A DNA stretch of 64,000 bases from Callorhinchus milii (GCF_018977255.1 NW_024704742.1:28026001-28090000), one strand, 5' to 3'; positions 24,681 to 39,320 are shown, numbered from the stretch's first letter. The notes: a model not told the origin generated them from the letters alone. Numbers and translations: made by a program.

Positions 24681-27647
24681 TCTATGCTGCCTGTGTTAAA
24701 TGTACAAGTGTTCTGCTCCCAATGCTACCATTTATTCAGCACAGAATATCAGTGGGAAGAAAAGGCTACTTTTCAAGATAACAGAAAAAGGCTCTTGAAT
24801 CTAGAAAGTTTGAATACTTTTTGGGAACATTTATTCTTTCTTCGGAATTTGGCTCTGGAGGTCTTAAATTCCAGTAACTGTCATTATAAATAATAAATAA
24901 TCATGAATATTTTTGCATTCGTTATAACATCTTTCACACTAGGAGAACATCCCAAAGTGATTCACAAGATATAATGTAAGATGTGACTGCAAGTAGTGAC
25001 TGTATTTTGTAGGCAAATGAGTTAGCAGCCAATTTACAGACAGCAATGTCACACAAACTATCATTCACTTTGAAATTCATATACTTTTGTTTGCAGTTGA
25101 AATACAAATACAAATGCAGATTTAATTGCCAGAAAATTCACAGTTGCTACCCATTCTTGTGAAGGAAATCCTATTAGAATACTTTAAGACCCTTAAGACG
25201 ACAGCATGATAGGCGCCATTTCAAATGCAAGGATCATTTGAATTAAGTGGTAACATTGGGGTCTAAACATGGTATGTTTTGTATGTTTTGCCGGAGTTAC
25301 AAATATTGGAGCTTTGTATCACAAATGGAAACAAAACAAGCGTTACACCACTTACCATAACTTCCCCCACCCCCGGCCCTTATGGGGATCATACTGGATT
25401 TGTTTCCAATTGTTTTACATTGAGGGAATTGTTTATAGGTAAAATCAGTGATGTTGGTGTAAACACAAACTTTAGCTTTAGTGCTTCCAGTCAGTAGCTT
25501 ATTTATCATATACAGTATATCAGAAACAGTCGTATCAGTTGCCGTAATCATAGCTCCCGACCACAAATTTTCTATGAACTCCATAGGCAAGATTTAAACA
25601 ATGTTAAGGCTATAGATGACTGGAAGAAGCTAATAACTTCAACCAAGTGCATTGCCTAAAACCATATTGATAGCTTTTGAAGATCAGATTAAATGACACC
25701 AAATTCTTCAAAGTGAAGCTTTACGGGGTTTGAAACATATCAAAAATTCCATGTTTCTGCCCTTTGATTGTAGAGTCTTTTTTTTAATATAACGATAACT
25801 TTTTTTCAAGATGATTGATCAATCAATGCATGTTGTGTTGCTGTCTGCTGTTCTGTTGTGGGTTGTCAGTCATTGTGATGTATTTGGAGCTGTGGGGACA
25901 TTCACTTGAGATAGGGCCGCAGAGTGGAAACTGCTGCAATTGAGCAGTGACCCAATTATCTAGTCTTACTCTCTGGGAGGTACATTTGTAATTTATAGTT
26001 TCTTGTTATGCTGTTCATGCCTTTTATTCACCTTCGACTTAATGCGAGTTGCCTCTCGCTCCATTTTGGGCTTGTGTGGGAGTTCTTCTCAGGTCAAATC
26101 AGACAGGGGTCAGGTCAGGGGAATCGGACTTGCAGTTGAAAGCTGGATTTACAGTACTCTCCTCTCTATTTTTCTTTGCCACTGATAGCACTAACCAGCG
26201 AATTAAGACTTTTAAGGTTTGTGCAGAGCTGCAGGCTTCATGAGAAATTTTCCTGTGTTCACCTGGAGGTAATATGTGGTGTGGGAATACCTTAGCTCTG
26301 CTTGCATTCTTGGAGTGTCAGCGAGTTCTTTTTTTTAATTTCAGACATCTCCTAATTATATCCAGACCACCCTTTGCTATAAAATTAAACACACTCTCCT
26401 GTATATTTAACATTAAGTTGGCCTTGCTTGTTGAGGTATTCCAACCTAACACTTCAGCTTACACTATCTCCCTCAACTGTGTTGTCCCCAAGGTCCTCTA
26501 TATCACCTTCCTCATGTGATGCCCTTTTCCTTACTTTCATGGTCCCCAGAAACTCTCCCACAGAACCACCACTACTAACACTGTTGACTTGCCAGTGTCC
26601 TGTGACACACCCTATGTTTCCTTCTGTCTATCTGACCTCTACCTCTGTGGTTCCTTTAGTCCTACTGCTAAGGATGTCAATGAATGAAAGGAATGAATGA
26701 TGAATTGGTGCCTGGTGGTTTGGCCCCTTTTACACCCTGGGCTCAATCTCATTTCTAAAAAGTAAACTGGGATACATAAACGTGATGCCCAGAAGGACTG
26801 TGTAACATGTAAGCAATCATATCAAGCATGCAGTTTTCAGTAAGCTGCTGCAACTCAATTGTCCACATCAATAACATGGCTCAGAAACAAGACTAAAATG
26901 TAGATAGAACAGATCATTTGCTCATTAGACCTACTACCACAATACTTGCCGTTAGAGTTAATTTGTTGTCTCTTTTCAAATTTGGTGTCATCTTCAATGT
27001 TTTCTAATTATTGCCTCTTTGGTGACATCAGTTGTGGTTGCTCTCTGTCCTCTTCTGCTGTAAAGGAATTGAGCCTGAATACAGAACAATGTAATCCTGT
27101 TGTACTTGACATAAACAATACCTAACTGGGCAAATAATGTGCATGTAATCTGTTACCCTGACATTTCAACACTTCCTTTCACAGAGTGTACACATCACAT
27201 AAACATCTGTGGCTGTGTTGCAATTCAGCATGTATTTCACTACAAACAAAACTACATGCTTTTGAATTAGGAATGTGTCTACTTTAATGTCTTTACTTTA
27301 GAGGGTTCAGAGTTGAACAGCAAATGTCATCCTGAGTACAAGGAGGTTTAACTATGTGAGAATATTTGAGAAGCTACATCTTTATATTTTAGCAAGAAGG
27401 TGGTAGAGAGATGGCAGTATATAAAACATTAAATAAAATAGATGGAGTAAACTCAGAATACTTCTTTAAATCAAACTGAGAAAGCAGAACAAAGAGACAT
27501 AAATCTAAAATAACACCTTTTTAAAACTGATATTAGGAAAAACTTTGTTTTCCACTCTACGTTTGATAAATGTTTGGAAGTATCAACAAGCTGGGCATTA
27601 AATAGTTCAAAATGAAGCTGGTTATGACATGGGTGAGATGGAATAAG

Positions 27648-28085
27648 TGTGTCAGACTGGTTCAGTGGTAACATTCTTGCCTCTGAGTCAGAAGGGTTCA
27701 AGCCCCACGTTGGCAATCACACAGTCTAAGCTGACACTCCAATGCAGTTTGGAGGTGTGTTGCATGGTCAGAGTTGCTGTTCTTTGGATGAGGTGTTAAA
27801 CTGAGGTCCCGCCTGGCTGTTCAGGTGGATGTTAAAGTTCCCACAGCACTATTCGAAAAGAGAAAGGAGTTTATTCTGGTTTCTTGGCCAACAATCCCCG
27901 AAATAAAAAAAAATGGTCACTCACTTCAAGACTGTTTGTGGGACACTAGTGTGTATGAACTAAACTGCCTGCTGCATTTTGCTAAAAAATACACAATCAT
28001 CCACTTTACAGTATATCCTGTGAAGCACTTTGAGACCCTCAAAGACGTGATACAGTGCTATATCAAATGCAAGGATTATTATTTA
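27648..28085 (+). mobile_element. Near full-length Deu-domain SINE
   Basis: Head ggttcagtggtaaca...cctctgagtcagaagggttcaagcccc, Deu core and tail caaatgcaaggattatt. Confidence 0.85.
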
Positions 28086-29089
28086 CTTATTAGCAGTAAA
28101 TGGATCAGCTTCAAGTGCAGAAGGGAATGTTTTGAATGTAAGATTTCTTGTGTTCCTCTGGGTATGGGATAAAGGAGGCTTTTATCCAATGTACAGATAG
28201 ATCTATTATGCATTGGTCACAAGTCCGAGAGAAATTCTACACAATAGAAAGATTGCTTGTTCAGGAAACAATGCATGACAGATTCTGAAAACTCCACAGT
28301 CCAGTGGGCCAACATTCAGTCCTGTGACAGAGACCACAGATGTTTGAAGATTTTGCAATTTTCCAGCCATACTGCCAAGTTTGCTCACCTCATTTGTACA
28401 CACAGAACAACAACCAGCATTTATGTAGCATCTTTCACGTAGGGTAATGTCTCAAAGTGCTTTACAAAGTCGGTGCCAGATACTGATGGGGATGGAGGTG
28501 GGTGATAACCATAGCAGATTTTCTGGAGACTTTTTAAGACAGACGGAGACAAATGAGTGATTTAGACTGTGTATTCCAGAGGATAGTGGTACAGTAGCTG
28601 AAGGTTCAGGCAGAAAGGATGAGGATTGTGCAGTAGGGCCTGAGTTTGCTGAGCGGAGGGGTGAGCAGGGAATTGAGTCTGATAAACAGAGGAAGAGAGG
28701 GGTGAAGGAGTGAAGTGATTTGTAAAAGAAGGTGAGGTCTTTCAGTTGATCTGCTGAGGGGCAAGGAAACAGTGGAGCCTGACGAGCATGTGGGTGACAT
28801 TATACAAATCCTCCTGTGGGTAAAATTGGAAGTGGAGATGATTAAGATGAAGCTTGTGGATGTTATACCTGGGGATGACAGCAAGAAGAGCATTGGAGAA
28901 AACAAATCTAGCGGTAATAAATGGCGTTAATAAGGGTTGGTATCGAAGTAAAGATCTAATATCACTGTTTTGTCAAAAGTCCCAAATTCAAAACCTTGTC
29001 TTTATTTTTCATTTTCCAAAACCTTTCTGCACAATAATTCCTTTCCCCTTTCTAGCAAGTGCTTGATCTTATTTTAAGTATGAAGATGT

Positions 29090-29610
29090 GCTCCATTAAC
29101 CCTGCTTTGACTTCTCTAATGGACTCCTCGCTGATTACCCTGGCTCCAGTATCCATAAGCTCCACCCTATGAGATACTCCCCTCTCCCCCTTCCCCTGGC
29201 AGCCTCACCCGCACCAAACTCTGCACACCCATCACTCCAGTCCTCACCAGCAACACTGACTACTTGGCTCACAGCAGATCAGTTTCAAGGTCCTCGCCCT
29301 TATCACCTATAAATCCATTCATGCCCCAGAACCTCCTTATCTCTCGGGTTTTCTCCTATCCCTCTCTCTGTACCATCAATGACGGAGCCTTCCTATTCTA
29401 CACCTCAAACTCTTCCCTCCACCACATTGTCTTGCCCCCTCTTTAACTTTAAGTCCTGTCTTAAAGCCTACATCTTTGACTGCATATATGGTCGTCCACC
29501 CCTTCCTACTCCCCCTCTACTTGCTTGACGTATGACCAGATCATTGTACAGTTCCCTGGACATTACACTATATGAAAGGCACCATATAAATGTAGCTTAA
29601 TGTTGTTGAT
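29090..29610 (+). mobile_element. Old L2 LINE 3' fragment
   Basis: Pyrimidine-rich; cccatcactccagtcctc, ttcaaggtcctc and tail tgaaaggcaccatataaatgt...gttgttg. Confidence 0.6.
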
Positions 29611-32600
29611 TTTGAGCCTATGAACTGTACTTATTCATCTTTGTCCCATTAGAAGAACTTTCAGCTTGTCAATTTTGTTTTTGTGTTCATGCTCCAGTTC
29701 ACAAAATGTAAATCTGTTGCACAAAATATTGATGGAAGGATGCTTGTTTTCCCTGCAATGATTTGCTTGTAAACCTCAGAGTAAAATCATAAATAAGGAT
29801 AAATACTTTGTTGCTGAGTGGAGTGGGTTCCAGTTTATGGCTTGTACATCTGACAAAATGTAATTTGCTTCAACTGTCACTGTTGTGATGCTGACCACCG
29901 AGCAAAGAGACTGCACAAAAGATATGCCTGCAAGTACAGCCACTTAGTGACAGCAAGTAAACTATCTTTGAAGCATTGATGCTTTACACAAAGGGTAATT
30001 AATGACTGGAACAGGTTACCAGAAAAGGTGGTTGAGGTCAGGAAACTGAACTCCTATAAAAAGCAGCTTAATTCTAATGAAAGAATGGTAGGATGGGTAT
30101 TCTGGAGGGATGGGATCAGATGGGACAAAGGGCCTTCTTTATTCTCCTTCATGGAAGAAGTAGGTGTTTTGCACAATTGAGCCAAGATCACTGTTTATGT
30201 CTGGGGTTGGAGTTCATCTATAAATGGCAAGCTTTGTATTTTTTCCTCATGGTAAGCAGACATTAGTGAATTTCTCTACTCTCCCCCCCCACACACATTA
30301 ATACTGGTTATTAATCTAATTTATTTGTTATTATATATTCTGATCCTCCAATAAAGCTTTGACTCTCATTGCTCTGTGTCTGTCTGAGGGATTGAGGGAA
30401 TGGAGGGATTTGCCAAATTTTGAATCCAGAGGAATTTTGATACATTTTGTTTAGAAGATCTGACTGTGTGCCATACCACAGTACTTAATGCATATTTAAT
30501 GTGGGTTGTGCCTCTCTTTGGCCTTGCATCTGTAGAAAAAGTCTCAGTCAAGAGCATACCAATGTAGCTGCTCATGTGCCTCAAAGTGTATCACGTGTTT
30601 CTATTTAAATAGCTGGCTGATGAGAGTGCCTTTTTATGAGAATAATAAAAAGCAATCCTTCCATTTGGTATAGCATCTTTCATGCCAGGAAGAAGTCTCA
30701 TAGTGCTTCTCAGGCACATATTGTAAATTGGAGTGAATATCCACTTTTTCAGGGTGAGATGACAGGCAGCGCAATAAGATAATTCAAATACCTAAGAAAA
30801 TTAATTCCCCACAGATCAACATACATTTTCAAGTAAGGCATTGAATATTGTGATGAGCAGTAAGAGTCCTGCTGGTGAGCATCAACAACAGTGAGCAACG
30901 ACAACAAATTACATTTGTACCCGACGCTTCAGGTCAGCAGGACATCCCATTGCGCTGAACTGAGACAGTGCTAAGCAAAACCTTGGCATCACCTGGTTTT
31001 AGACAAGGCAGGTTTCTGACTGTCTTAAAGACTCTCTTGCTTTTGAGGTAGCTGTTCCCATTTCAACGCTGAAGGGAGGATCCTGGCTGGGGACTGCTCC
31101 CAGGGCTCCCGACCTAGTGGTCACAGTTACATTGTCAGTGGTCCCTCAAGCTTGCTTGCTGGTGGTAGAGGAGATTAGGCTGTACAATGATGGAAATATC
31201 AAGATAAAAGTGGTGCGATGTTCCAGTATAAATAACAGAGTGGGGTTTAAAATGCAACAAAAGCATTTTTAAAGCAACTATTGAATCTAGCAGCATGCAT
31301 GTATTGCTTCTTTAGATGTCATGTACATTTAAGAACAACATGCTCGCATCTGAGGTGTTGAGCAGAGTGACACATTTCCTCATATAGCATTTATGTCAGT
31401 ACCTATTATGGGGTTAGATTTATGATTCACTTTCAAATGGGCAAGAAGCGGATCCCTTCTCATTGTGGCCTCTTCCCTAATGTTCATCCTCAGTGGGAAT
31501 TCCGAGAAGGTGGTTGTGGTGCCGGGCGTCCCGCTGGCAGATGACGACCTTCAACTGCTGGCTAGCAACATCCTGGGTGCTTGAGATTTTTCATTGCTAA
31601 AATACTGCTCACTTTTGTTCTTGGCCTCTTTCCCCCATTGAACAACAACAACAACCCTTGCATCTATATGGCACCCTTCAAGCGGGGTAGCGTCCCAGAG
31701 TGCTTGACAGATGCAGAGTCTGACCCCAAACCAGGGGGAGAGGGAGCGGAGGTGACCATAAGCACAATCGGAAAAGGTCTTCAGGCAGGATTTGAAAGCG
31801 TGTATAGGATTTAATGTGTGTATAGATATCCATTGGCTGAGGAAGTCTTTGTTTCAGCTCTGTTGCCTCCTCCCTTCCTCCTCTACCCCTTGACTGTGAA
31901 ATGTGAAAAGTAAAGCTCACTGGTACATCGTTCATTTGGGTTAAGGCAATTTATGGTATTTCTTTATGAGATTACGTGAAAATAAATCCCATTAGAATTC
32001 CCGAAGGCCCGAGCAATTCTGGATGCAAATTCAGACGGCGCAGACTTCCAGCAGGTTGGCACTTCCAGTTATTAGAAGCCACTTCCATTCACACAGGTCT
32101 ATTTCCATTTCTAAACAATTCCATTGTGAATTACTACAAATTAAAGTCCATTGCTGTTCAGATCAAAGCATGATTTACTTTTCGAACCTCATTACACCTG
32201 GCCAAAATGTTCAATCATGTGATAATTTTTAATTAGCACCCGTAATAATTACCACAATTTTCAATTCCTAACTTTAAAATATAAGTTGCTCTGTGAGCAA
32301 CATCTTTTCTTAGATATTTGAAATAGATTCCAATAAAAACTGCATTATTACCTGTGCCAATTGGCTCCTTTAAAAAGCAGGAGAACATATTTTTTTCTGA
32401 AAGGGGTTTTGAAGTTATACAGATCAGAAATGGCATTGATGATCAAACATCCTATGGATTTCCAAGGAACAAGTACTGTTCTAATCAAAACTATGTCATC
32501 CATGTAACTGGTTAGTTACATTGATATTCGGGAGCTACTCTACTGCCTTTGGGAATCAGAGAAGATTTCAAAGATATCTCCATTGTAATTATTAACTGTG

Positions 32601-33644
32601 GTTATCTTCATCCTTCTGCAGACCAAACAAAAATGCTTGCATTATAATTCAGATTACATGATGCATTGGAAAGAGTGGGCCCAATGAGCCAAATAATTGG
32701 GGTGCCAGAAAGGGTGGTTGAGGTCAGGGTGCTGGGCTCATTTGCAAGACAGCTTGATGTTGCAATGGGAGGATAGTGGGTATTCTGGAGGGATAAGATC
32801 AAATGGGTCAAAGAGCTTGTTTCACCCAAATTGTGGTCGTTTTGCATTCAGCACTTTTATTTTTTACAAGTTGCCTTTTAATTTTTTTTTAATCTGCATG
32901 CTAAATTACATTGCGATTGTGTAAACCTTGTGCAAACACATGTAGGGAATCACAGGTGCCCTGAACTATTTCCCTAACAACCAATGAATAGGATTATAGA
33001 ATCACCCGTGAGGAAGCGCAAACGCTCCTGCTAAAACGTAGTTGGACAGCACTGAGGGGCAGTGACGAGTTGGGGTTGAGTTGACGGCTGTTCACACTAT
33101 TCAATCATTCTAATACGTTGCTGTGTTCCCACTTTGTGGAGAGGCAGACTATACTCTATTGTTGGTAATCATTCAGCCAGCTGAGAACTGTGGGCTTGAT
33201 ACTCAAATAGCTGGAGAATATATCACTCGGTACACATAGCAATTGTTCCCTTGGTACATTAACATAAGAGAGATAAACAGCATTTAAAAAGATCTAGACC
33301 AATCAAGCAGATGGGCTAAAGGGGATAGAAAGGGGTATTGGATATAATATACTTACATTCGACTAATGGAACTGAGATGCAATGCATTTGACTGTTTGGC
33401 AGCTCCAAGGGTCATAGCGATCATGTGTCTGGGCAAGCTCAACCTAGCATTCGACTTAGTCGAGCAGCATCTCACAGCCAAAATCTGTTCCAAAAGTGTA
33501 TTGTAAATTGACAAGCAACCTCACAAAGCAACAATGAGGACCTATTTGAACTGAAACATTTACAGAAGTGCACTAGGAAGCGGTCGGTTGAGGCTGGGAT
33601 TCAGGTTCATTGTTGTGGCATATAGTGGTGAGAGGTTTACTCTG

Positions 33645-34500
33645 CATCTGATCGCAAATTAGTGAGCTGGATTGAAAAATGGCTTGGTAACAGAAATCAG
33701 AACGTGATGATGAATGGAAAAAGATCCACTGGGGGGCAGTGACTAGTGGCGTTTTGCAGGGGTCTGTTCTGAGTCACTGGCTGTTCATACTGTTGAAAAT
33801 GACTTGGAGGATAGGATGTCTTGTAATATTATAAAACTTGCTGACGATACCAAGCTATGTGGCCAGGTGACAAACAAAAAGGAGATAAACAGCATTTAAA
33901 AAGATCTAGACCAATTAAGCAGATGGGCTAAAGTATGGCAGATGGATTTTAATGTAGATGAATGCATATTGGAACAGGAAACAGAAAATGTGTACGTGAT
34001 GAGAGTGCACATTAGCAAAGGTGGAAAAGGAAAAGGATTTGAGTGTGATGATTGATTTTTTGCTGAAAGTTTCCAGTCAATGTAAAGCTGTTATCAAATG
34101 GTAAGTGACATCTTGGGGCATTCAACTCTGAGTTGTTCTAACCTAGGATAAACCACTGGTGAGGATGTGTTTGAATTTTATGTGTAAGTTGGGGCCTACT
34201 AAATTCAAAAGTCACATTGGGGAGGATTTACAAAGGTATAATAACAGCAACAACAAATTACATTTGTATAGCACCTTTCACTTAAGGATAATTCCAGATT
34301 TTAAAGATCTAAGTCATGAAGATGGAATTTCAGAGTTGCACTTGACTTTACTGGAGTGAATTAATGGATCTGATCCAGGTATCAAAGACGTTAAGAGGTT
34401 GATCATATTTGTTAGGTAGTCACAAATAAGTTGTTTGACTTAGACTGTAACAGAACTAGAAGAACACAGGTTTAAATTCATAAGCCTTTTATGATAGAAA
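33645..34500 (+). mobile_element. Decayed CR1 LINE RT fragment
   Basis: Reads WIEKWLGNR.Q, VTSGVLQGSVL, KLADDTKL, DLDQLSRWAKVWQMDFNV, with frameshifts and stops. Confidence 0.8.
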
Positions 34501-34981
34501 ATGTTGGAAGAAATATTTCCCTGTTCCTTGCCCTCTCTCTCTGTCTCCCCACCCCCACACTCACACATCCACACCCACCCACCCACCAACCCCCACACAT
34601 ACCCACGCACACACTAACTAACCCTAACATGGAGTCTGCCACTCATTTAATTTCCTGAATGAAACTTTGGGATAATAACCAACACCACACACCCATCCAC
34701 CCACACACACAACGTGGTTGGCCAGTAAACCCTCTGTGACACCTCAATGAGCGGGCCTCAAAAATCAGTATATTCACAGCTTGGATTAACAGGACTGGTA
34801 AATATTGAAGTGTGTTGGTAGCTCCCTGTGCTTCACTCCAACCCGCAGTACTCTGCTCCAACGTTATCTACTTCTGCTTACATCAGAGCAGAGTCCATGA
34901 AGGCCAACATAATGCACTCAATACAATACCTACAAATCCTGTGCAATCCAAGTCGCAAATGTTGTGCTTTGACCCCATTTT

Positions 34982-35327
34982 ATAATAATAATCCTTGCAT
35001 TTGATATAGGATCTTATCACGTCTTTGAGACGTCTCAAAGCGCTTCACAGAATATACTGTAAAATGGATTGACTGTGTATTTTGTGGGTAATAGGTGGTG
35101 GCCAATTGCACACAGCAGTGTTCCACAAACTGTCTTGGATTTAGTGATTATGATGGAATTTTTTTTTGAGGGATTATTAGCATCGGAAAGCCAAACATCT
35201 AACAACCAGGTTCCTACTTACTGCTAAACAGAAGCATGTGTGTGAAGTAAGGAAACGTGCCAAAGGTTTTTCTTCGCCCAGGAATTGAACCCGGGTCCTC
35301 TCGCTTGCGAGACAAGTGCTCTAACCA
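34982..35327 (-). mobile_element. tRNA-Ala(CGC)-derived SINE
   Basis: Reverse head ggaattgaacccgggtcctctcgcttgcgagacaagtgctctaacca and (taa)n tail. Confidence 0.88.
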
Positions 35328-35580
35328 GATCAGTGGGACTCCACTTCTCTTATCTTTACGGTCTGGAGATGCGAGGGATGGGATATGAGAAAGGTGTCGG
35401 GTGAATGGAGATCGTTGTGATCCATACAGACACTTAAACGTACCTTTTAGTAGCTTGCAAGGTGATGCAAACCCTTCCGTGTTTGTATCTTTCGATAAAA
35501 ATATTTTTTTGCTTTTCACCTCCCCGGCCTGGGTTCAAAACAACTCAGCCTGCTGCAGGCTTGAAAGTCCCATCAAACGT

Positions 35581-35632
35581 GGAGTCCTGTAGCTTAGTGG
35601 CCAGAGCGCTCGTCTCGCAAGCAAGAATACCC
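35581..35632 (+). mobile_element. Isolated tRNA-Ala SINE head
   Basis: ggagtcctgtagcttagtggccagagcgctcgtctcgcaagc with an A-box; ends before the B-box. Confidence 0.75.
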
Positions 35633-38600
35633 GACTCATTCACTCATTTGTCCATCAACTGCACATTGAGTTATCATCAGTCATGACATTTGCTAGTGAA
35701 AACAAACCAAAAGTGGACAACTGCCTCTTTCAGTCATGCACGTGCCCATTGATGTTGTAAATATGCCATTATTTACCCTGTATATATTATTTTCTAAATT
35801 AATACTGAACCATTAAGGTGGGGGTGGGGGGAGGATTCGTTGTTCATGATTCAAAGTTGAATATGCCATTGTAAAGTCGGCAGTAAATTCTGAAAAGTTA
35901 ACTTGGATTTCCCAAGGACATTACTGGACTTTTCTAAGCTTTAGCCTTCCACTGATCAGCTATAGATGTCACACAATACAATTATCTAGTTCAAGTGTCC
36001 TTTTCCATCTTTTTTTCACAGCTATTACATTGAACTACTATTTTAAAGAAAAGCAACTGAGAATTGCATTGTCCCCAGAGTTTGAGAAATGCTAACGGGT
36101 TTGACAAAACTGTCGATACTAAATGCTGTCACGTCTGCAGCATTTATAGGCACCTAAAGTAAGGGTAACCATAGCGAGCTTGACTGGAGAAAAACAAAAT
36201 GGAGAGGGGAAAGAAGCAGCCTACTAGAAATCATTTAAGACAGACAGTGGATTCACTTACCCATGGATTATTTATATACACCTTCTGTAGCACAGTAGAT
36301 GAGAGGCCAGGTGTTGTTGTGAATGCAAGACATTTCAGTCTCCACAGGGACTTTAGGACATCTTCTTCACACTTTCTGACGTGCGTGTAGAATATCAAAT
36401 GCTAATAGGTTGTTGATGGTGGAATGGCTCATGGGATCAGGCAGAAGTTTTATTTTAAATTACAGTAAGAGAAAAAATACCTATTGGCAAAGCTATTTCA
36501 TAGTGCAATAATGGCAACTAAAATCCTACAACAAGCAGGCATTATTTGGAAACCTGTAGCTGCTGCTATTTCTTTTCAGTAACATACAAAATTCTATTGG
36601 AAAATACAATGCAGTGTTTTGTAGAACTGAATCAACAGCAGGTAAATTTTTTGTTCAAAAATTGTCTCTTTTAGGATGAGTCTGAAGCAATTTCAGGGAC
36701 TTGCAAAAAACTTTAAGGCTAACTTGCACCAATTTTCACTACAAGCTTCTCCCACTGTAATTTTGTTTTTAAAAAAAAGTATTGATTTTTCCCTCAGGCT
36801 TCATATGTATTTGCTGTTAAAAAATAAATGTGATGTTGGGATTGAAACAGAATTTCAGATTATAACACACCACACTGGTCTTGAGGTGTAGGGTTCACGG
36901 CGGGATTCCAATTATCTGTAATCATTCACTTAAATGTTACCATTCTGTACTCAATATTTGGATGGGCAGTTGATGTCTAGTGGTTATAAATTACAGAAAA
37001 GCTGACAGAATAATGGAAGGGATAAAGTGCATCTCCCAGTTTCAAGAGGGGGAAATGACCTTCAGCGCCTCTTTTCAATGAGAGTCTCACTGGGATCTAA
37101 CATACTCTTGTGGACTTTTCGTTTCACTCTTCAAATGGAAAATCCTATTCAAAGGATGGAACAAAAGATTTACTGGCGTTAGAGAACGGAGCGATAGGCA
37201 ACACTTTCAGGATCATTCTTAAAGAGGTCTCCTGTCCTTCAAAGAAAGCAGACTGTCAAAAAAGAATAGGATTGTCATTTTTCACCTTTATTCTGTTTAT
37301 TCCGGGTGCTCCAAACACATAGTTTTATCATTTTGTGCTGATATGCTAGTTAGGGTAAATAGCTTGGATGAATTAATGTACCAGACAGTGTGAGTGAACA
37401 GCCTTATTGCACACTTACATTGGTAGATTAATAACTAAAAAGTAAGGACATTGGTTTAGCTCTTTTTCACTGTTGGGTTCATTAATTTAAATTTACTTGA
37501 GCTGTGAGGAACGATTAATTAAGCTCAGATACTTCAGCCTTGACAAGGGACATCTCAGAAAGGACCTTAGAGAGATATATAAGATGCTATATAGGAATGA
37601 GAAAGTAAACCGAGAATGATACTTCCAGATGCCCCGGACAAGCAGATCAAATTGGTACAGGTAAGTGAAGAGCAGATTTAGGATGGACACCAGGCATTTC
37701 TTTACACAAACTGCACATTGACAAGTGGAACAAATTATTAGGAAGAGGGCGGAGGCCAGCATGGTGGATCCACTTAAGAAACAACATGACGCTTAAACAG
37801 AAAGATGATAAGGTCAAACGGCCTTCATCTTCCATACCTCTCGTAATCTTGTTCATTCTTTGTGTGAGTGCACCCATCTTAATTGTCAGCACTCTTATCT
37901 CGGGGTCAGAAGGTTCTAGGTTCAAATTGCAAATTGGGATTTGAGATTATATTCTAACCTGGCACACCAGTAGAGTGTTGTATTGTTAGAGGTGCAGTCT
38001 TTCAGATAAGACTTTGTGATCTAACATTCAGTTCTCTCAAGGAAGTCAGCAGGACGCCCAAGATAAATCATGATCGGTAGAGAAAAATCTTTAACAGTTA
38101 CAGTTATTAATGAAGTCTTTACTCTGTTTATAAAATTGGATCATCATTGTATCGTTGTATTGTATTTGTTGGAACTATTATTTTTATCTTTTTTGATAAA
38201 ATATCAGGGTGTAGTGACTCACAAAAATCATACTAAATGAAGCACTAAAAATGTCTTGCTTCCAAGTCATCAAATCACTGCTGACATCACTTCCTGCAAT
38301 AGTACATAGGTACATTTTTTGCAGGAAGAAAGTGTTGCTGATGTCAATTGTTTTGTACTGCACACACGTCACTTCCTGCATTCTCCACATGCCTTCAAGA
38401 AACCCTGCTGATGTTACTTCCTACACGTGATACCTACACAGTATGGAAAAGTTGCATTGCTGGCATAGTGCAGGGGGTGACATCAGCAGACACTTGAGTA
38501 TTCAGAAGTCAGCCATGTTTCAGTGAGGGAAGATAACTGGTCAGTGGTGGAAGTCAGGTAAGCTTCTAGTTAAACTCTGAGTAAGGCAGCACTCTATCAC

Positions 38601-38859
38601 AAAGGTTGCAATTGGGTTCCCCTGTGTTTTTAAAATCAGGTTTCTTGTTCTACACTGTTTTACTCCTGCCATCAATAGAATGTTCTCATCATGAAGTTTT
38701 ACTGTATTTGGAATTATGCCAGTGTGTTTGCAATATTGTCCTGTTTGGTAGATATATTCCAAAGACTTGTGAATTTAGCATGATATTCCACATGCTGGTA
38801 AGATTAGCCTGTAAACCTGGATGAGCCTCAATTTCTTGCAGCTCAACATGGTTCTCACC

Positions 38860-39320
38860 CTTGGCTTCCGCCAATGTCTCCTCACCTCTGGCTCTGATCT
38901 ATTCAATTTCCTTGACCCCTTTCTCAAACTTACTAAATCAGTGCCCAATCTTGATGTTTGGTTCTATCCTCTACTCTCCATTCTCCCTCATGTTTGACTA
39001 AGACCAAGAATGCCTGTCTTTATCTTTGCCAGATTCCACCACATTGTTCGATCCTTATGTACATTGACACTTTGCAACTCAGATGCACTCCTTGCCGGTC
39101 TCCCTAGTTCCACCTTCCACAACCTTCAGCTCTTGCCTAATTCCTCCACACACATCCTCACCCACACCAAACCCCTGCTGCTCATCAACCCAGTCCTTGC
39201 AAGGCTCCCTGTCCCAATACTGCTCATCCTCATACTGAACACTTTCTCTCCCTCTCTCCTTGTAAAGAACTGTGAGATGTTCCCCTACTTAAAGGGCCCT
39301 ATATAAATGCAAGTTGTTGT
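38860..39320 (+). mobile_element. Old L2 LINE fragment
   Basis: ORF 39010 reads CNSDALLAGLPSSTFHNLQL...INPVLARL. L2 tail atataaatgcaagttgttg. Confidence 0.7.
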
